This document shows positions 8,131 to 18,058 of a stretch of 30,943 nt of DNA, in pieces; the first letter of the stretch is position 1; each line of letters begins with the position of its first letter. The notes beneath the pieces were generated by a model. It did no database searches, was not told where the DNA came from, and saw only the letters and a program-made list of their open reading frames with translations. The translations under genes were made by a program, and so were the position numbers. This stretch comes from a virus (taxonomy: Duplodnaviria; Caudoviricetes). Where the stretch lies: the IMG/VR virus record IMGVR_UViG_3300010413_000119, positions 1-30,943 of that record, one strand, 5' to 3'.

Positions 8131-9714
8131 ATGGTATGGCGAATCAACGACCCTCAGGCCAATGAGGCGCAGAAGGTCAAGTACGATGTTATCCGTTGGA
8201 CTCGTGGTCCAGGTCTCGATATAGGCTGTGGGCCATTCAAGGTGTGGCCTCACCTTATCGGAGTGGACAACGGGCACCACTGGGGCACTCAGGGCGCGGA
8301 CATCGCTATTCCTGATGCCACCGACCTGAAGGTATTCAGCGATAACTACATGAACTCAGTGTTCTCCAGTCATCTCCTGGAACACATGGTCGATCCGCTC
8401 GCAGCACTCAAGGAATGGTGGCGTGTCCTGGACTACGGTGGTTATCTCACTCTCTACCTCCCTCACAAAGACCTCTATCCACGCTGCGGCGAACCCGGTG
8501 CCAATCCCGATCACAAACAGGACTTCGATAACGATGACGTTATCAAGCTGATGGAACAGGTGGGTGACTGGCAGCTACTCGTGAATGAGGTGCGCGATCA
8601 TGACAATGGTCCAGGTGAAGAGGGTAATGAGTATTCCCTCCTGCAGGTCTATCGCAAGAAGCCCTCAGGTTTTGGCCAGGAGCATGTCTACAGGGACTAC
8701 AACCCAGGGAAGACCGCCCTGGTTATTCGTTATGGCGGTGTCGGTGATGTGCTGCAGGCATCGAGCGTACTGAAAGAGCTGAAAGACCAGGGCTACTACA
8801 TCGTCTTCATGGCGGCTCCACTCGGATACACGGTACTCAAGGATCACCCCTTTATCGATGAATGGTTCGTTGTCGATAAGGGGCAGATACCGGACGGTGA
8901 GCTGTATCCATTCTGGCAGCACCTCATGAAGAAGTACGACAAGTTCGTCAACCTCTGCGAGAGTATCGAGGGCACACTTCTCACCATCCCTGATCGGGTC
9001 AACAACCTGTGGCCAAAGAACGTGCGCGAGAAGTACCTGGGTATCAACTACTACGAGTGGATACACGAGCTGGCAAACGTTCCGTTCACCAAGCCAAACG
9101 TGAAGTTCTACCCCACCAAGGAAGAGGCTGCCAAGGCTGATGCGTTCATCAACGAACTGGATGGCTTCAACATCATGCTTGCATTGGCTGGCTCAGCTAT
9201 CCACAAGATTTACCCCTATCAGGATGAGCTAATCAACCTCGTGCTGCACTACATGCCTGAGGCCCGCTTCGTCCTGGTCGGGGGAGAGCAAGACAAGCAC
9301 CTGGAGCACGGATGGGAGGACAACGACCGCGTATGGTGTTTAAGTGGTAAAATAACCATAAGAGAGGCCCTTGCTGCCGCTCAACGCATGGACTGCGTAA
9401 TCGGCCCGGAGACTGGTGTACTAAACTCTGTGGCAATGGAGGAAGATGTGAGAAAGGTGATCTACCTCTCCCACTCCTCAAAGGAGAACCTGACCCGAGA
9501 CTGGGTGAACACTGTCACTGTAGTCCCGGATAAAGCCATGGCTCCATGCTACCCATGTCATCAACTCCAATATGGCAAAGGCGCATGTCCTCTTAATGCA
9601 CGTACTGGTTCACCTGTCTGTGCCGCTTCAAGCGACCCTAACGAGGTGTACGAGGGAATAAGGACTGCGTATGAAACTTGGAAAGCTCAAAGAGCTGCTA
9701 AGACAGGAACTTGA
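8131..9714 (+). CDS. class I SAM methyltransferase fused to GT9 (heptosyltransferase-like) glycosyltransferase
   Basis: Start at 8131 (AGGAGG-N6-ATG). N-terminal LDIGCG, FSSHLLEH, LKEWWRVL..GG. C-terminal VIRYGGVGDVLQAS, HKIYP, IGPETGVLN and a PCYPCH...CP...C tail. Confidence 0.87.
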   Translation: MVWRINDPQANEAQKVKYDVIRWTRGPGLDIGCGPFKVWPHLIGVDNGHHWGTQGADIAIPDATDLKVFSDNYMNSVFSSHLLEHMVDPLAALKEWWRVLDYGGYLTLYLPHKDLYPRCGEPGANPDHKQDFDNDDVIKLMEQVGDWQLLVNEVRDHDNGPGEEGNEYSLLQVYRKKPSGFGQEHVYRDYNPGKTALVIRYGGVGDVLQASSVLKELKDQGYYIVFMAAPLGYTVLKDHPFIDEWFVVDKGQIPDGELYPFWQHLMKKYDKFVNLCESIEGTLLTIPDRVNNLWPKNVREKYLGINYYEWIHELANVPFTKPNVKFYPTKEEAAKADAFINELDGFNIMLALAGSAIHKIYPYQDELINLVLHYMPEARFVLVGGEQDKHLEHGWEDNDRVWCLSGKITIREALAAAQRMDCVIGPETGVLNSVAMEEDVRKVIYLSHSSKENLTRDWVNTVTVVPDKAMAPCYPCHQLQYGKGACPLNARTGSPVCAASSDPNEVYEGIRTAYETWKAQRAAKTGT

Positions 9715-10330
9715 TGACACCACTCAGCCGTACCTGTGGAGTGACATCGAACTCGAAGCATACCTAAACGATGCAGAACGAGAGGCGTGTCGTCGTGCTC
9801 GTCTTCTCGTTGACTCCTCCACTGATGCTGTCTGCAGCATTGCCGTTACCGCTACCACTGCCACCTATGCACTCGACTCACGAGTGATTGCTGTTCGCCG
9901 GGCTAAATTGGCCAGCATGACCACTCCTCTCGGTCGAGCCAGCGTGATTGACCTGGATGAGGCTCGCGCCGGGTGGGAGGATGAGACAGGTGAGGTGGAG
10001 GCATACATCGTTGACCTCAATAGCAACTCTATCACCCTGTACCGAATCCCTGATGTCGATGACACACTCAATCTCACCGTGGTGCGTGAACCGCTTAACG
10101 AGATGAATGACGACGAAGAGTCACCAGAGATACCGACTCGATACCACATGAGCCTGAGATTCTGGGCAAAGTATCTGGCTTACTCGAAGCCTGATTCAGA
10201 GGCATTCAATGACAAGCTGGCACTCATTAACGAGGCGGCATTCACCCAGGAGTTCGGACCGAAACGCGCAGCTATTGATGAGGCGTATGAAGCGCAGCAT
10301 CAATACTTACCAGAGGATGGGAGTTTCTGA
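9671..10330 (+). CDS. head-tail adaptor (connector) protein
   Basis: Motifs LR..LDD...PYLWSD.EL..YLNDA.REACRR and PEIP.RYH..L..WA.YLAY.K.D; position after the head genes. Confidence 0.78.
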   Translation: MKLGKLKELLRQELDDTTQPYLWSDIELEAYLNDAEREACRRARLLVDSSTDAVCSIAVTATTATYALDSRVIAVRRAKLASMTTPLGRASVIDLDEARAGWEDETGEVEAYIVDLNSNSITLYRIPDVDDTLNLTVVREPLNEMNDDEESPEIPTRYHMSLRFWAKYLAYSKPDSEAFNDKLALINEAAFTQEFGPKRAAIDEAYEAQHQYLPEDGSF

Positions 10331-11493
10331 TGGTTATCGATAAGTTCCTTGGATTGAACAACACGGTATCGAGCGAGAGGATGAGTCCCGGTGATCTCGA
10401 AGAGGCTATCAATGTCTATCTCGATGATACCGGCAGACTTGCGAGACGCAGTGGAGTAACCCAGGTTTCAGCGGTGGCTACTCACTCTCTCTGGTCGAGC
10501 GGTAACATCTGCCTGTTTGTCCAGGGAACAGACTTAAAGCGCATGTATATCGATGGTTCGATCACAACGCTTCGCTCTGATATGAGTGGCAACAGGGTGA
10601 GCTATCAAATGCTCCTGGGGACTGTTTACTACAGTGATGGTGTTGTTACCGGGGAGTATTCAGACGGATTCAATAGGACTAAGTGGGGTGTCTCATCTCC
10701 TGGTCTCGTGGGTGCCTCGATCACATCCGGGGCTCTGCCTGCAGGTCGATACGGTTATGTCGGAGTTGCTGTCAGGGACGACGGCATTCGCTCTGGTGCC
10801 ATCGACTTTGGAACTATCGAGCTTTCATCCGATGGCGGCATAACATTCACCGCTCCGAATATCGATGAGGCAGCTGTCGCCTTCTACATGACATCGACGG
10901 ACGGAGACGTGTTCTATGCCTCTGGCTCATGTATCCCTGGGTCATCAGTCAACATCACCAACGTTAATGTCTTGGGCGAGCCCCTGGAGAGCATCAACCT
11001 CATGGAGCCGCCAGCCGGTCAGATCGTTTCATTCTTTCGAGGCAGGATGTTGGTAGCTGCCGGTGAATGGCTTTACTACAGCATGCCTTATGGCATACAT
11101 CTCTTTGACCCACTCGGGTATCACGGGATGGGTGATCGTATTACCATAGTGGCACCGATGAAGAATGGAGTCTTCGTGGCCACAACCAAGAAAACATACT
11201 TCCTGCTTGGAACATCGCCGGAAGAGTTTACGCTCCAGGAGATTGCTGACTATGGAGCGATTGAAGGAACCCTCAGCACTATCGCGAGTACCGATCTGCC
11301 ATGGCTTAGAAATGTGGCATCACAGACACTCGCAGTATGGGCATCCTCTGCTGGCATTTGCTTAGCCGGTGATGAGGGGCTATTTATCAACATGACAGAG
11401 AACCGCTATCGCTTCGACGTGGTGCTTGCAAAGGGTGCGACTACCATCATCACGATGGACCGTACAAAACAACTCATAACAGCTATCGAGTAA
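10330..11493 (+). CDS. tail nozzle / stabilization protein
   Basis: Beta-rich, 387 aa; N-terminal F.GLNN...L.EA.NV.LD..G.L.RR.G; TGATG coupling to the adaptor gene. Confidence 0.7.
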   Translation: MVIDKFLGLNNTVSSERMSPGDLEEAINVYLDDTGRLARRSGVTQVSAVATHSLWSSGNICLFVQGTDLKRMYIDGSITTLRSDMSGNRVSYQMLLGTVYYSDGVVTGEYSDGFNRTKWGVSSPGLVGASITSGALPAGRYGYVGVAVRDDGIRSGAIDFGTIELSSDGGITFTAPNIDEAAVAFYMTSTDGDVFYASGSCIPGSSVNITNVNVLGEPLESINLMEPPAGQIVSFFRGRMLVAAGEWLYYSMPYGIHLFDPLGYHGMGDRITIVAPMKNGVFVATTKKTYFLLGTSPEEFTLQEIADYGAIEGTLSTIASTDLPWLRNVASQTLAVWASSAGICLAGDEGLFINMTENRYRFDVVLAKGATTIITMDRTKQLITAIE

Positions 11494-11504
11494 GGAGTAG
11501 GACA

Positions 11505-12278
11505 ATGGCACTGCGACTCTCTACAGCCCTACGGAATTTTCTAAACCGTGACGGCTCAATGAAACGCGCCTTTCATGGTGGCGTCCTGAAAATCTATAGC
11601 GGCTCTCAGCCTTCGAGTGCAGATGCCGCTGCAACTGGAACCCTGTTGGCTACGATCACCGATGCCTCTGGCGCTCTGACAAACGAGGTGCTATCAAGCG
11701 GTTCGGTAGAACTGACTGGTGGTGCAAGCGGTAGCATTGATGCGCTCACTGTGGATGGTGTCAGCCTCATCGACAATGTGGTGCCGTTCAATACTTCACT
11801 GGCACAGACCGCATCTGACCTCGCTGATGAAATCAACTCAAGCCTGAGCACGCCTGAGTACACCGCATCTGTCTCTGGTGCAGTGGTAACAATCACAGCG
11901 GCTCCTGGTACTGGTACAGGGCCAAACACCTTCGCTGTTGTTACGACCACGACCACCATCACCAAAACCGATACCAACTTCTCCGGTGGTGTCGCCGCGG
12001 TGAATGGACTAAAACTCGGTGACACTGTTGCCGGTGTCGTGAGTAAGCTGTCCTCACAAACGTGGTCAGGGGTGGCTGGTGCAGGCGGTACTGCAGGATG
12101 GTTCCGTTTCTATGCCTCTGAGGCAGATGACGGCTCAGCCGATACCGCGGCAGCCAAGAAGCGTATCGACGGTGCGATCAGTACCTCTGGTTCCCAGATG
12201 GACATGGCCAGCACCACGATAACCTCAGGGTCCACACAGACGGTCAACACCTTCGCTCTTACACTACCGTCCTCCTAA
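11505..12278 (+). CDS. virion structural (tail-associated) protein, Ser/Thr/Gly/Ala-rich
   Basis: AAGGAG SD; motifs MALRLST.LRN, LKIYSG.QP.SAD.A.TGTLL, GTAGWFRF, RIDG.I.TSG. Confidence 0.75.
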   Translation: MALRLSTALRNFLNRDGSMKRAFHGGVLKIYSGSQPSSADAAATGTLLATITDASGALTNEVLSSGSVELTGGASGSIDALTVDGVSLIDNVVPFNTSLAQTASDLADEINSSLSTPEYTASVSGAVVTITAAPGTGTGPNTFAVVTTTTTITKTDTNFSGGVAAVNGLKLGDTVAGVVSKLSSQTWSGVAGAGGTAGWFRFYASEADDGSADTAAAKKRIDGAISTSGSQMDMASTTITSGSTQTVNTFALTLPSS

Positions 12279-12297
12279 TCGATAGAGGAGTAGTGTC

Positions 12298-13521
12298 ATG
12301 GCTACGTTGACTGCTGCAGCAACGTTATCGTCCACGGTAACGCTCGTCGCTTCGCATGCCGGTGATGCAAACGCAGCTCTTGCTGTGTCTGTGTCACTGG
12401 TGCCGAACGGTGTTGTCTACGAAAACGAGCTGAACACCAATAGCGACTTCATGCAGCTACCGGCTTACACCGGGTCAAGTTCTGTTGAAGCGGCTAACGT
12501 CATCACGCTACCTGCTTACACTTGCTCAAGCACGATGCTGAATGGTGGTGTCGCCAACACGAATGAGCTGTTCACTAAACTTCCTGCCTACACATCATCA
12601 GGCTCCATCCTTAACGGTAACGAAATAGCCGTATCCCTGGTGCTTCCTGCATACACTGTAGAAGCCCAGATGTGGCATGAGCAGGTGATCACCTTACCTG
12701 CCTATACACTCGCTGCAGAGATGATATCCGGTGGGCTTATGTCGGTGGCTTCCAGGCTGCCTTCATATACCTGTGAAGCATCATGCAGTAACGAGAATGT
12801 CATCAGTGGTGGTGTGAATGTAACGCTTCCAACATACACCCTGGAAAGCAGTGTCACTGCAGAAAACATAATCAACGTTAATGCCACACTGGGGCGCATT
12901 ACACTCGCTGCTGAATGCTACTCCGGCAACGTTATCAATGTCTCTGTGGAGCTGCCTGCATACACTATCGATGCTGAAGGCGCAGCAGATGGTATCGGTA
13001 ATGTAGAGGTGGTATTGCCGGGTATTCAGTTGCAATCAACGATGAGTAATGCTTCAGCTGAGCCAGACCCAAGCAATGCCTACACGATGAACTTAGCAAC
13101 ACGAGCCCTGACCAAGTACGAGGGCTTCGGGTACAACAGCTTCGCTAACTTCAATGGCACCTCACTTGCTGCCGGTCCCGATGGCATATTCGCTATTACC
13201 GGAGAGACCGATAATGGTGTTGCTATAGATGCCAGTATCAAGACGGTATTGCCAAACGCAACCATCTCTCGCGCACGCGAAGCGGTGGTGAATTGCAGGA
13301 CTAATGGTGATGTGGTGCTGCAGGTGATCCCGGATGAGACCAATGATATTTATGAATACAACCTCGCGGTATATTCCGACACATTGAAGAAACAGAAGAT
13401 AAAACTGGGGCGCGGCATCAAAGCGGAAAACATGGAAATTGTGATCCGCAACAGAGATGGCGCTGACTTTGAAATCGATTATCTTGACGTGGTGACTGAT
13501 CAAACACGAAGGAAGAGATAA
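12298..13521 (+). CDS. virion structural protein with LP[AST]YT repeats
   Basis: GAGGAG SD; repeated LPxYT units followed by a globular C-terminal region (MNL.T.A.T.Y..F..NSFA.F.G). Confidence 0.72.
   Translation: MATLTAAATLSSTVTLVASHAGDANAALAVSVSLVPNGVVYENELNTNSDFMQLPAYTGSSSVEAANVITLPAYTCSSTMLNGGVANTNELFTKLPAYTSSGSILNGNEIAVSLVLPAYTVEAQMWHEQVITLPAYTLAAEMISGGLMSVASRLPSYTCEASCSNENVISGGVNVTLPTYTLESSVTAENIINVNATLGRITLAAECYSGNVINVSVELPAYTIDAEGAADGIGNVEVVLPGIQLQSTMSNASAEPDPSNAYTMNLATRALTKYEGFGYNSFANFNGTSLAAGPDGIFAITGETDNGVAIDASIKTVLPNATISRAREAVVNCRTNGDVVLQVIPDETNDIYEYNLAVYSDTLKKQKIKLGRGIKAENMEIVIRNRDGADFEIDYLDVVTDQTRRKR
12455..13030 (+). repeat. protein-level repeat: 8 LPxYT units plus 2 degenerate copies
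   Basis: QLPAYT, TLPAYT, KLPAYT, VLPAYT, TLPAYT, RLPSYT, TLPTYT, (TLGRIT), ELPAYT, (VLPGIQ). Confidence 0.8.
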
Positions 13522-14714
13522 TGAAATACACAGGGGAAATGCGATTGCAGACGTTCGGTGATGAGAACCGGGCGCACCAAAGCATCCCCTATGCTCGGGA
13601 GATGGCAGCTCGCCTGAAACTAAGGATGCTCCTGGGTGATGTCCAAACACTTAGCGACTACAAAATCTATGACGGTGTGGAAGTTACAGTCCGCGTCAGT
13701 CATGGTCAGGTAGAAGCAGTCATCAATGCCCCAGCAGTACAGCAGCAAATCATCACGACACCTAAAGTGGAAATACCTGAGCCGGTTATCACAACCTCTT
13801 ACAGGAAGCCATGTTATCTGCCAATAGCTGATGGTTTTTTCTTCTCCGAACTGGTGGATATTCCGTTCTACAATATGCAGAACATCACCGGGCAATATGT
13901 GTTTGACGACTACGGTGTACCTCACCCATGGTGGTATGGATATAACCCCAGATACGATTTCAATATAAGCAACTTTGTCACCATCGACGGATATGTATCG
14001 GACTACATGAGGGTATCGCTATACGGTGGACTAAGCATGTGGTTCAAGGATGTAAACCCGCTTTACTACTACCTCAATGCCGGACCTTACATAACATTTA
14101 ATGCGTTATATGGTCGTGAAATCTACAATCTATGTGACGGTGACTCGTTCAGCTCAGTAGGTGAAATGGTAAGTGGTGCGCCACAGGTTTATCTCTATGA
14201 AGGCGACATCATAATGCCGAACCAGCTTTATAAGAGGCGCGGAGTAATTGTTACCTACTACAAGATGGCTTACCCATTATGGTCAACGTATCGTGATGCG
14301 TGTGTTGCCTATGGAGGATATCAGTGGGTTGAATACGTGAGCGCATCTGGCCCGCCAATGATTAGCTCATTTCAAATTGTGATTCTTGAATCTCAGGTGA
14401 CCAACATCAAAAGTGGAGCTGTTACCGAATGTGACTTGGCTATCGGGCTTTTCTACAAGGAGCTTGGATACCATGGTGGCGATGGAGACATGCCGACATA
14501 CGATGAGTGGGACGGAAGCGCTGGTAGCCAGTGGCTCTATCTTTATGACCCAGCAAGTGCAAGGGTAAGTGGTGGTGTAGTTAATACCATTAATTACAAA
14601 GACAATGAATCAGCAGCAATTAAAACATCACTAGCTAATCGATCCTTCTGGCATTACTTCGACAGATACACTGGTGCTGTGGTGACAGATACACTCAATC
14701 CCGATTGGAGCTGA
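13521..14714 (+). CDS. putative tail/receptor-binding protein with Tyr/Trp-rich C-terminal region
   Basis: TAATG coupling; N-terminal anchor-like segment, Gln/Pro linker, then an aromatic-rich region that looks more AT-rich. Confidence 0.5.
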   Translation: MKYTGEMRLQTFGDENRAHQSIPYAREMAARLKLRMLLGDVQTLSDYKIYDGVEVTVRVSHGQVEAVINAPAVQQQIITTPKVEIPEPVITTSYRKPCYLPIADGFFFSELVDIPFYNMQNITGQYVFDDYGVPHPWWYGYNPRYDFNISNFVTIDGYVSDYMRVSLYGGLSMWFKDVNPLYYYLNAGPYITFNALYGREIYNLCDGDSFSSVGEMVSGAPQVYLYEGDIIMPNQLYKRRGVIVTYYKMAYPLWSTYRDACVAYGGYQWVEYVSASGPPMISSFQIVILESQVTNIKSGAVTECDLAIGLFYKELGYHGGDGDMPTYDEWDGSAGSQWLYLYDPASARVSGGVVNTINYKDNESAAIKTSLANRSFWHYFDRYTGAVVTDTLNPDWS

Positions 14715-14729
14715 TAAGAGGACACGAAA

Positions 14730-16736
14730 ATGCCATATTCAAATACAGGAGTAGCGCTTCCATATATAAACTTAACTGTGCCTGAGTTCACTGAGTTGTC
14801 TGTTATCGATGACGGTATCAGTGCGGCAACCAGTTATGCCGATGCAGCGCTGCAGCAGGCAAACCTATTCCTGCAGGACTTAACCGGCCTACTAAGTCAA
14901 TTTCAGGACATCCCAGAGATCACCACAGAGATTGGTACAGTCGATAAAGTGATTACTGATGTGGTGCTACCTGATGCACCTGACAGACCGTCCGGGCTTG
15001 ATTACGCCAATATCAACCAACCCGAGGAGCCGACCTTCGGGGATGTAGCAGCCCCGGTAATTCCAGATGCTCCAGAGTTCACTGCAACAAGGCCGGTGAT
15101 TACCTACCCGGATCAGCCTGATTCATTGAGTGCCGAGGTGCCTGCAGCACCATCATTGAATGACATCAATCTGCCGGATGCACCAACTATCACTCTGCCC
15201 AGCGATCCAAACCTATTGGCAGTCGATATTCCTGGAGCCCCAGAGATCGATCTGCCGACATTCAGTGCTGAGCTTCCAGCTGTTCCTGGGAGCCCTTCAG
15301 TGCCGGAGTTTGCATTTAATGAACCTGAGTATGTGTCATCGCTTCTTACCAGCCTGCAGACTATCCTGGAGTCCTGGGTGAATGGTGCAGCTACCGGGTT
15401 AAGTGCAGCGGTGGAGCAGGCCATCTTCGACCGTGCCCGATCTCGTGAGGACATCGCGGCAATTCGTGAGCGCCAGGAAATCATTCGTAACTTCTCCAGC
15501 AGCGGATTCTTGTCTCCTCCAGGAGCAATGCAGGCAGCTCTGCGCGATGCAGCCAGAGAGACAGCAACGAAGATAAGTGCCCACAATCGAGAGATCACTA
15601 TTCAGATCGCGGACCTCGAACAAAGCAACAGAAAGTACGCTCTCGATAAATCAGTGCAACTCGAAGGCGTCCTCATCGAGCGTGCCAATGGTATCGCTAA
15701 CAGAGCGTTCGAGTCGGCGCGTATGACTGTCACAGCAGCCCTGGAGTTGTATCAGGTAATTGTGTCTCGATACCAAGCTCAGCTTGAGGGTTTCAAGGCT
15801 GAGGCCGCGGTATTCGATACCCTGGTTCGAGCAGCAATCTCCAAACTGGAGGTGTATCGTGGGCAGCTTGAAGGGCAGCGTCTCATTGGTGACCTCAACG
15901 AGAGTGCAGTGAGAGTGTATGCAGAGCGTGTGAATGCTGTCATATCTACCATTGAGTCGTACAAAGCTCAGGTGAGTGCTGCAGAAGTAGCGAGTAACGT
16001 GAACAGAAACATCATTGCCCGGTTCGGTGAGCAGGTGAACGCTTATCAGGCCCAGGTGACAGCAAAGGCATCAGAGTACGATGCTTATGCTAAACAGCTG
16101 CAGGCAGAGATCGCCAAGCTGGATGGTTACAAGTCAGATGCAGATGTATTCCGCTCTCGCATGGATGGCTATGAATCTCTGGTGCGTGCTCGCTCACTGG
16201 AGAAGGATATAGAGTTCAGGGTTAAGCAAGAGAACCCGGTGAACCTCTTCAAGGCCCGTATCGAGGCATTTTCCTCCTTGGTGGGGGCGGAGGCGGACCG
16301 GGTAAGATCACTGGCCACGGTATACGACTCAGACATCAGGAAGTATGCTGCTAATGCTGATGCACTGACGAGATTGCATGCCTCTGATGTGAACGAGTAC
16401 CAAATCAAGGGGCAGATGCTTATCCAGGAGGCACAGACACGTATCCAGTCATTAATAGCGAACGTTGATCGCCTGACCAAGATACTGAGCACTGCCGGTG
16501 AGATATCACGAGCAGGAGGAGCCATCTCAGCCCAGCTCGCGGCATCTGCCATGTCTATGCTCAACTTCAGTCAGAACATCAGCCAGTCGGACGCTCAGAC
16601 ACGCTCACAGAGCTATTCAGCCAGTGAGTCCAACAGCAACAGCATTGCCAGGAGCGATAGTGTGAGCTGGAACTACAATTACTCCTATGCAGTGGACACC
16701 AGTAGCTACAGCCTGTCAGACCTGAATAGCTACTAA
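14730..16736 (+). CDS. large virion protein, putative ejection/internal protein
   Basis: Pro-rich N-terminal region, long Ala-rich coiled coil, Ser-rich C-terminus; no Cys seen in 668 aa. Confidence 0.65.
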   Translation: MPYSNTGVALPYINLTVPEFTELSVIDDGISAATSYADAALQQANLFLQDLTGLLSQFQDIPEITTEIGTVDKVITDVVLPDAPDRPSGLDYANINQPEEPTFGDVAAPVIPDAPEFTATRPVITYPDQPDSLSAEVPAAPSLNDINLPDAPTITLPSDPNLLAVDIPGAPEIDLPTFSAELPAVPGSPSVPEFAFNEPEYVSSLLTSLQTILESWVNGAATGLSAAVEQAIFDRARSREDIAAIRERQEIIRNFSSSGFLSPPGAMQAALRDAARETATKISAHNREITIQIADLEQSNRKYALDKSVQLEGVLIERANGIANRAFESARMTVTAALELYQVIVSRYQAQLEGFKAEAAVFDTLVRAAISKLEVYRGQLEGQRLIGDLNESAVRVYAERVNAVISTIESYKAQVSAAEVASNVNRNIIARFGEQVNAYQAQVTAKASEYDAYAKQLQAEIAKLDGYKSDADVFRSRMDGYESLVRARSLEKDIEFRVKQENPVNLFKARIEAFSSLVGAEADRVRSLATVYDSDIRKYAANADALTRLHASDVNEYQIKGQMLIQEAQTRIQSLIANVDRLTKILSTAGEISRAGGAISAQLAASAMSMLNFSQNISQSDAQTRSQSYSASESNSNSIARSDSVSWNYNYSYAVDTSSYSLSDLNSY

Positions 16737-16765
16737 GGTGTTAAAATAGGGAAAGGAGGTGCGTC

Positions 16766-18046
16766 ATGCCCAATGTAATCGCGACAATTGGTAAGAAGAA
16801 GGAAGAGGATCGCCCACGCCGCATTGGTGGTACAAGCGTGCTCGGTGGGCCTGATGCTTACGTCAACCAGAATCCACCTACCCTACCCCAAGGAACTCTG
16901 CAGCAGAGGGCGCGACAGGCACAGCAGGCACCATCCACCCCTGCGGCCCCCTCCAGTGGTGGAGTGATCAATACCCTGATGAAGCCTATCAATGAACTGA
17001 CAACTCCAGAGGGTGGCTTCAAAGGCACGAGTACGCCATATCGCATCGGTGAGTCATCCCGTGCTCTCATTCACAATCTGGCTAAGCCGGTAATGGGTGG
17101 TCTTGAGTTGACTGGCAATAGCCTGGAGTACCTTGGTGGACTGGCTAAGGATGTGTATAAGGGTGCCAGGGGTATCCCTGAGGAAACCAATCTCTCCATG
17201 CCGACAACCAACCCGATCAGCCAGGCTGCAGCGGCTTCATCACCTCAGACTCGTGTGGTGCAGCGTCCATCTGCTTCATCGAAACGTCCGACACCTCCCG
17301 CTCAATGGACTGGTGGCGAATATGTAACCGACATGGGTAGTGGCTTGTTCGCTACCGGCCAGGGCTCACCTACACACCAGCGCTGGGGCGTGAACCAGAA
17401 TGGTGTTATCAGCAACCTCACGCTGCCTATCGGTCAAAACCCGAATCAGATGAATCCGGCTGATTACCAGAGTCTTATCGAGCGCGAGGAACCGGCAAAG
17501 GGCGTGAGCGTGATCCGTGGACTGCGCGAGTTCAAGAACGGCAAAGAGGTTCGTGATGATATGACTCCTCAGCGGCAGCTGGCCAGTCAGATAGCCACTA
17601 TGCTGAGTGAGTACCAGAAGTCAGTTGGTGCCCCTCCTGGAGGCCCTGAGGCTGCCAATATCATCTCATCACTAATTTCCGGTGAGACTGCTAAGGCACA
17701 GTCAAAAATTGCCGCTAACGCTGCCGTGAGAGCTTCACAGAACAAAACCGATAACGGTCCTGTCAGCGCATCCAAGTTCCCGCTCCTGGATAAAGAAGGA
17801 AATCAGGTTAAGGACATGACTGGTGAGCCTATCCTCACTACTGTACCGACTCAGCGTATTGGTGATCAGGTGCTCTTCATGGATGCTGTCAGTGGTCCTC
17901 GTCTGGTTCCAATCCAGCAAGTTCGCCAGGGTAATCAGGCTGGCGGAAGAACACTAACTCAAACCGAGTTCGATGCTCTGGTGAAAGAGCTTAAATCGAA
18001 AATCGGTGGTGAAGAAAAAAGCTGGTTTAGCCGTCTATTCGATTAA
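16766..18046 (+). CDS. putative ejection (DNA transfer) protein
   Basis: AGGAGG-tgcgtc-ATG; low-complexity Gly/Pro/Gln/Ser; no Cys seen; directly before the giant gene. Confidence 0.6.
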   Translation: MPNVIATIGKKKEEDRPRRIGGTSVLGGPDAYVNQNPPTLPQGTLQQRARQAQQAPSTPAAPSSGGVINTLMKPINELTTPEGGFKGTSTPYRIGESSRALIHNLAKPVMGGLELTGNSLEYLGGLAKDVYKGARGIPEETNLSMPTTNPISQAAAASSPQTRVVQRPSASSKRPTPPAQWTGGEYVTDMGSGLFATGQGSPTHQRWGVNQNGVISNLTLPIGQNPNQMNPADYQSLIEREEPAKGVSVIRGLREFKNGKEVRDDMTPQRQLASQIATMLSEYQKSVGAPPGGPEAANIISSLISGETAKAQSKIAANAAVRASQNKTDNGPVSASKFPLLDKEGNQVKDMTGEPILTTVPTQRIGDQVLFMDAVSGPRLVPIQQVRQGNQAGGRTLTQTEFDALVKELKSKIGGEEKSWFSRLFD

Positions 18047-18058
18047 GAGGTATCTGTA

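Noticed and set aside
13521-14714. Diversity-generating retroelement target
   Set aside because: No template/variable repeat pair or reverse transcriptase seen in the window.
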